Shown one piece after another: positions 61,614 to 64,000 of a stretch of DNA of 64,000 nt (within the stretch, counting starts at the first letter, position 1; the number at the start of each line of letters is the position of its first letter). The position numbers were made by a program, and so were the translations under genes. The stretch is from NCBI GenBank assembly GCA_037481835.1, contig JBBFKW010000012.1, forward strand, positions 14,695-78,694, read 5' to 3'. A model generated the notes under the pieces. That model had not been told where the DNA came from. It did no database searches and saw only the letters and a list, made by a program, of their open reading frames with translations. Source of the DNA: Desulfosoma sp. GTDB lineage: Bacteria > Desulfobacterota > Syntrophobacteria > Syntrophobacterales > DSM-9756.

Positions 61614-61683
61614 CCCGCTGGAGCTCGAACTTCGCGATGGCGCCTTTTCCCTGGAAGTCCGGACCCGAAGCAGGGACCGTCTT

Positions 61684-62772
61684 TCATGCGGGCCAAGAAT
61701 CCGCACGACGGGGATTGCTGATGCGGGCCGCCGTCTTCCCATCCTCGGCAAGCCGATTCACATACCGGCGAAGATGGGGAAAATCGGACCCGGGAGGTCC
61801 GTTTAGAAGCTCTTGCAAGCGGTTCCATCCCCCGGGGATGTGTTCCAAGAAATCCGGCTTTGCCTTGACGCCTCCGAGGAAGGCGAAGGCCGCGAGGCAT
61901 TGGAAGCACCGGCACAGAGCCGCAGCGCCGAAGCGCTGAGCGAACCGTTCTTCGCCCGCTCCAAGAAAATCGTGCGCCGCATGCCAATACAACTGCCTGA
62001 GATCCTCCCTAAACGATAAAGGAAGCATCGCGTAAGGATCCAAAAGGAGGGCCGCCAGGTCGTATTCCGGCGGCCCGAAACGCATCCCCTGAAAATCGAT
62101 GATCCACAGCGATCCGTCGCAGACCATGAGGTTTCGGCTTTGAAAATCCCGGTGAAACACCAGGGCGCCGCGGTCCTCCCCCGCCTTTTCCGAAAGTCGC
62201 CGGAAGTCACCGTCCACGTCCTCGGGGATGGTCTCGAGACCCAGAAATCCTTGGAGAAAGGCGCGCCGGAAGTACTGCAATTCCCGTTCGTAGACAAAAC
62301 CGGGATCATAACGGCTCCCGTCATGGCACCATTGGGGAAGGAAGCCTTCCCGAGCGCTCCGATGGCACTGGGCTAAAAGCAAGACAGCCTGACGGTACAA
62401 GGCCGCAAGATCGGCGTCCGGCACCTTTTTTCGCACCAAATCGTAGAGGTGGACGGATCCCAGATCCCGGAAAACGAAGACACCCCGGCGAGGATCGCCG
62501 TGAAGGACGGGCGGCACGGGAAGGCCCGCCCGGTGCAGATGTCGGCCGATGTGCCAGACGGCGTCGTTTTCGTCCACCGGGTCCTTCTTTCGAGGGCTCA
62601 CCAGGACCACATACGTCTGGTTTGCATCATGAAAGCGGAAAAAGCGCCGATCCGATCCATCCCCTGCAAGAGGGACCAAGCGTCCCGAAAATGGGCCGTA
62701 CCCCCACTGTCTGAGAAGCTCGGAGACGGCGTCCAAATCCACTGCCTGAAGTGCGGAAACGTTTCCCCCCAC
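61684..62772 (-). CDS. Aminoglycoside-phosphotransferase-fold kinase (AmgK-like)
   Basis: LAGDGSDRRFFR, DLG, HRDFQSRNLM, IIDFQ, YDLAALL. Confidence 0.85.
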   Translation of the reverse strand: MGGNVSALQAVDLDAVSELLRQWGYGPFSGRLVPLAGDGSDRRFFRFHDANQTYVVLVSPRKKDPVDENDAVWHIGRHLHRAGLPVPPVLHGDPRRGVFVFRDLGSVHLYDLVRKKVPDADLAALYRQAVLLLAQCHRSAREGFLPQWCHDGSRYDPGFVYERELQYFRRAFLQGFLGLETIPEDVDGDFRRLSEKAGEDRGALVFHRDFQSRNLMVCDGSLWIIDFQGMRFGPPEYDLAALLLDPYAMLPLSFREDLRQLYWHAAHDFLGAGEERFAQRFGAAALCRCFQCLAAFAFLGGVKAKPDFLEHIPGGWNRLQELLNGPPGSDFPHLRRYVNRLAEDGKTAARISNPRRADSWPA

Positions 62773-62887
62773 AATCCGCTCCCCGTTTTTTCCTTTCCTT
62801 GAGATGCCGTCCGCGAGCGGTGCACGGAAAAAGCCGGCCTAAGACCGAGCGGCCGACCGATTCCTTAAGGATGCGCCTCGGGATCGA

Positions 62888-63943
62888 TCATCTTTCCGGA
62901 AAAGCCCTTTGTCGTTCCCAATGGAGAGGACGGGTGTCCCCCGAGGGCAGGAAGATCTCCGCCCGATGCCGGCCGGAGACCACGGCTCCGTCTGTTACAA
63001 TGCAGTTTTCTAGATCGCTGCCGGGCTGAAGGGCACAACGATCCCAGACCACCACGTTTCGAAGGACGCATCCTTCACCGACCACGGTGCCTTGGCCGAG
63101 GACGACACAGCCCGAAAGGTCCGCAGAGGGCCCGACCGTCGCCGATGAATGCACTCGAAGCCCCGACGGCGGGATCTCCAAAAAGGCCGTGCCGATTTCA
63201 CCGTGCCGTTCATAGGCCGCATGCAGGTCCCAATAGGTCTCCAGCGAGCCCACATCATGCCATGGCAGTTTTTCACAGCACACGGCCGCGGGCAAGACCC
63301 CTCGAGCGATCCAGTCCCGGTAAAGATCGATGACATGAAAAGGCCGGCCTCGGGGAAGGGATCCCATCCACGATGGGTCGACCACTTGGATGCCCGAAAA
63401 GGTCCAAAGATCCCGGTCCGCCGTGGGGCTTGGTCCGCAAGAAGCCTGTGCCGAGCCCCGGGCCGGCTGGAAAAATCCCGTGATCCTGGTGCGGTCGGCA
63501 GTGACGGCCACCGAATCGAAGCGGCCCGTTCGGCACAGGAGCAGGGTTACGGGAGCTCGCTCGGTTGCGTGTTTTTCCCAGAGACTCCGCAAAGAGACGT
63601 GGGCCGCCACGTCCCCATTGACCACCACGAAGGGATCGTCCCCGAGAAGGTCCAGGGCGTTTCGCACGCCGCCGCCGGTGCCGAGGATCTCCTTTTCCAC
63701 GATCACGTGCACTGGAATCGGCCACGTTCGCCTTTGGACATGTTCCCGGAGCTTGTGCGGCATGTGATGAGCGTTGATGACCACCTTCCGGAAGCCTTCT
63801 CGAACGGCCTGTCGAATCCAGCGATCGAGGAGCGGCTCACCCCACACGGGGCACAGCGGCTTGGGGCGCACGTCGCTTAGCGGGCGAAGGCGCGTTCCGT
63901 AGCCGGCGGCAAGGATCATGAGATGCACGAACGGACTCCTCAA
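62888..63943 (-). CDS. Sugar-phosphate nucleotidyltransferase (MurU-like)
   Basis: MILAAGYGTRLRPL, PKPL, INAHH, GTGGG, VNGD, WHDVG; hexapeptide-like tail. Confidence 0.85.
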   Translation of the reverse strand: MRSPFVHLMILAAGYGTRLRPLSDVRPKPLCPVWGEPLLDRWIRQAVREGFRKVVINAHHMPHKLREHVQRRTWPIPVHVIVEKEILGTGGGVRNALDLLGDDPFVVVNGDVAAHVSLRSLWEKHATERAPVTLLLCRTGRFDSVAVTADRTRITGFFQPARGSAQASCGPSPTADRDLWTFSGIQVVDPSWMGSLPRGRPFHVIDLYRDWIARGVLPAAVCCEKLPWHDVGSLETYWDLHAAYERHGEIGTAFLEIPPSGLRVHSSATVGPSADLSGCVVLGQGTVVGEGCVLRNVVVWDRCALQPGSDLENCIVTDGAVVSGRHRAEIFLPSGDTRPLHWERQRAFPER

Positions 63944-64000
63944 AGATCGACAATATCTTGACAGCAGGCCGTTCTTGGTCGAAATTGCGTTCTTGTCGGC

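Noticed and set aside
60771..61751. 679-aa extended ApbE ORF
   Set aside because: The N-terminal extension is the antisense of the 60903-61613 gene; the lipoprotein-like start at 60770 fits ApbE
61684..62772. Aminoglycoside resistance gene
   Set aside because: Motifs and pairing with a nucleotidyltransferase fit AmgK-like sugar kinases better

Overview
GC-rich bacterial chromosomal segment. Gene content suggests an anaerobic Desulfobacterota/Syntrophobacteria-like organism (inference). Housekeeping blocks: dacA-like gene, Mrp, TrmJ-like gene; ffh-rpsP-khpA-rimM-trmD-SPOUT-rplS-rnhB-yraN-rsmI; nth, csp, PPIases; amgK/murU-like genes. They flank a minus-strand CRISPR-Cas locus at about 12.5-29.2 kb, ordered WYL regulator, type I-B cas8b1(cst1)-cas7-cas5-cas3, cas6-cas1-cas2-cas4, leader, and an array of about 51 repeats. 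The array is split by an IS21-family element with a frameshifted istA and no target duplication. cas8b carries a strong internal RBS/ATG predicting a hidden Cas11. Other notable items: (1) two MEMO-AMMECR1 fusion genes, one with a signal peptide and next to a Tat-signal radical SAM enzyme and a membrane spermidine-synthase-like protein (candidate exported AmmeMemoRadiSam system); (2) an NqrA/RnfC-less RnfD/G/E/A(NqrBCDE)+NqrF operon with ApbE and a His/Cys-motif hypothetical gene; (3) GTAG-type REP clusters. Start codons were adjusted by eye and all calls rest on motif recognition, not database searches.
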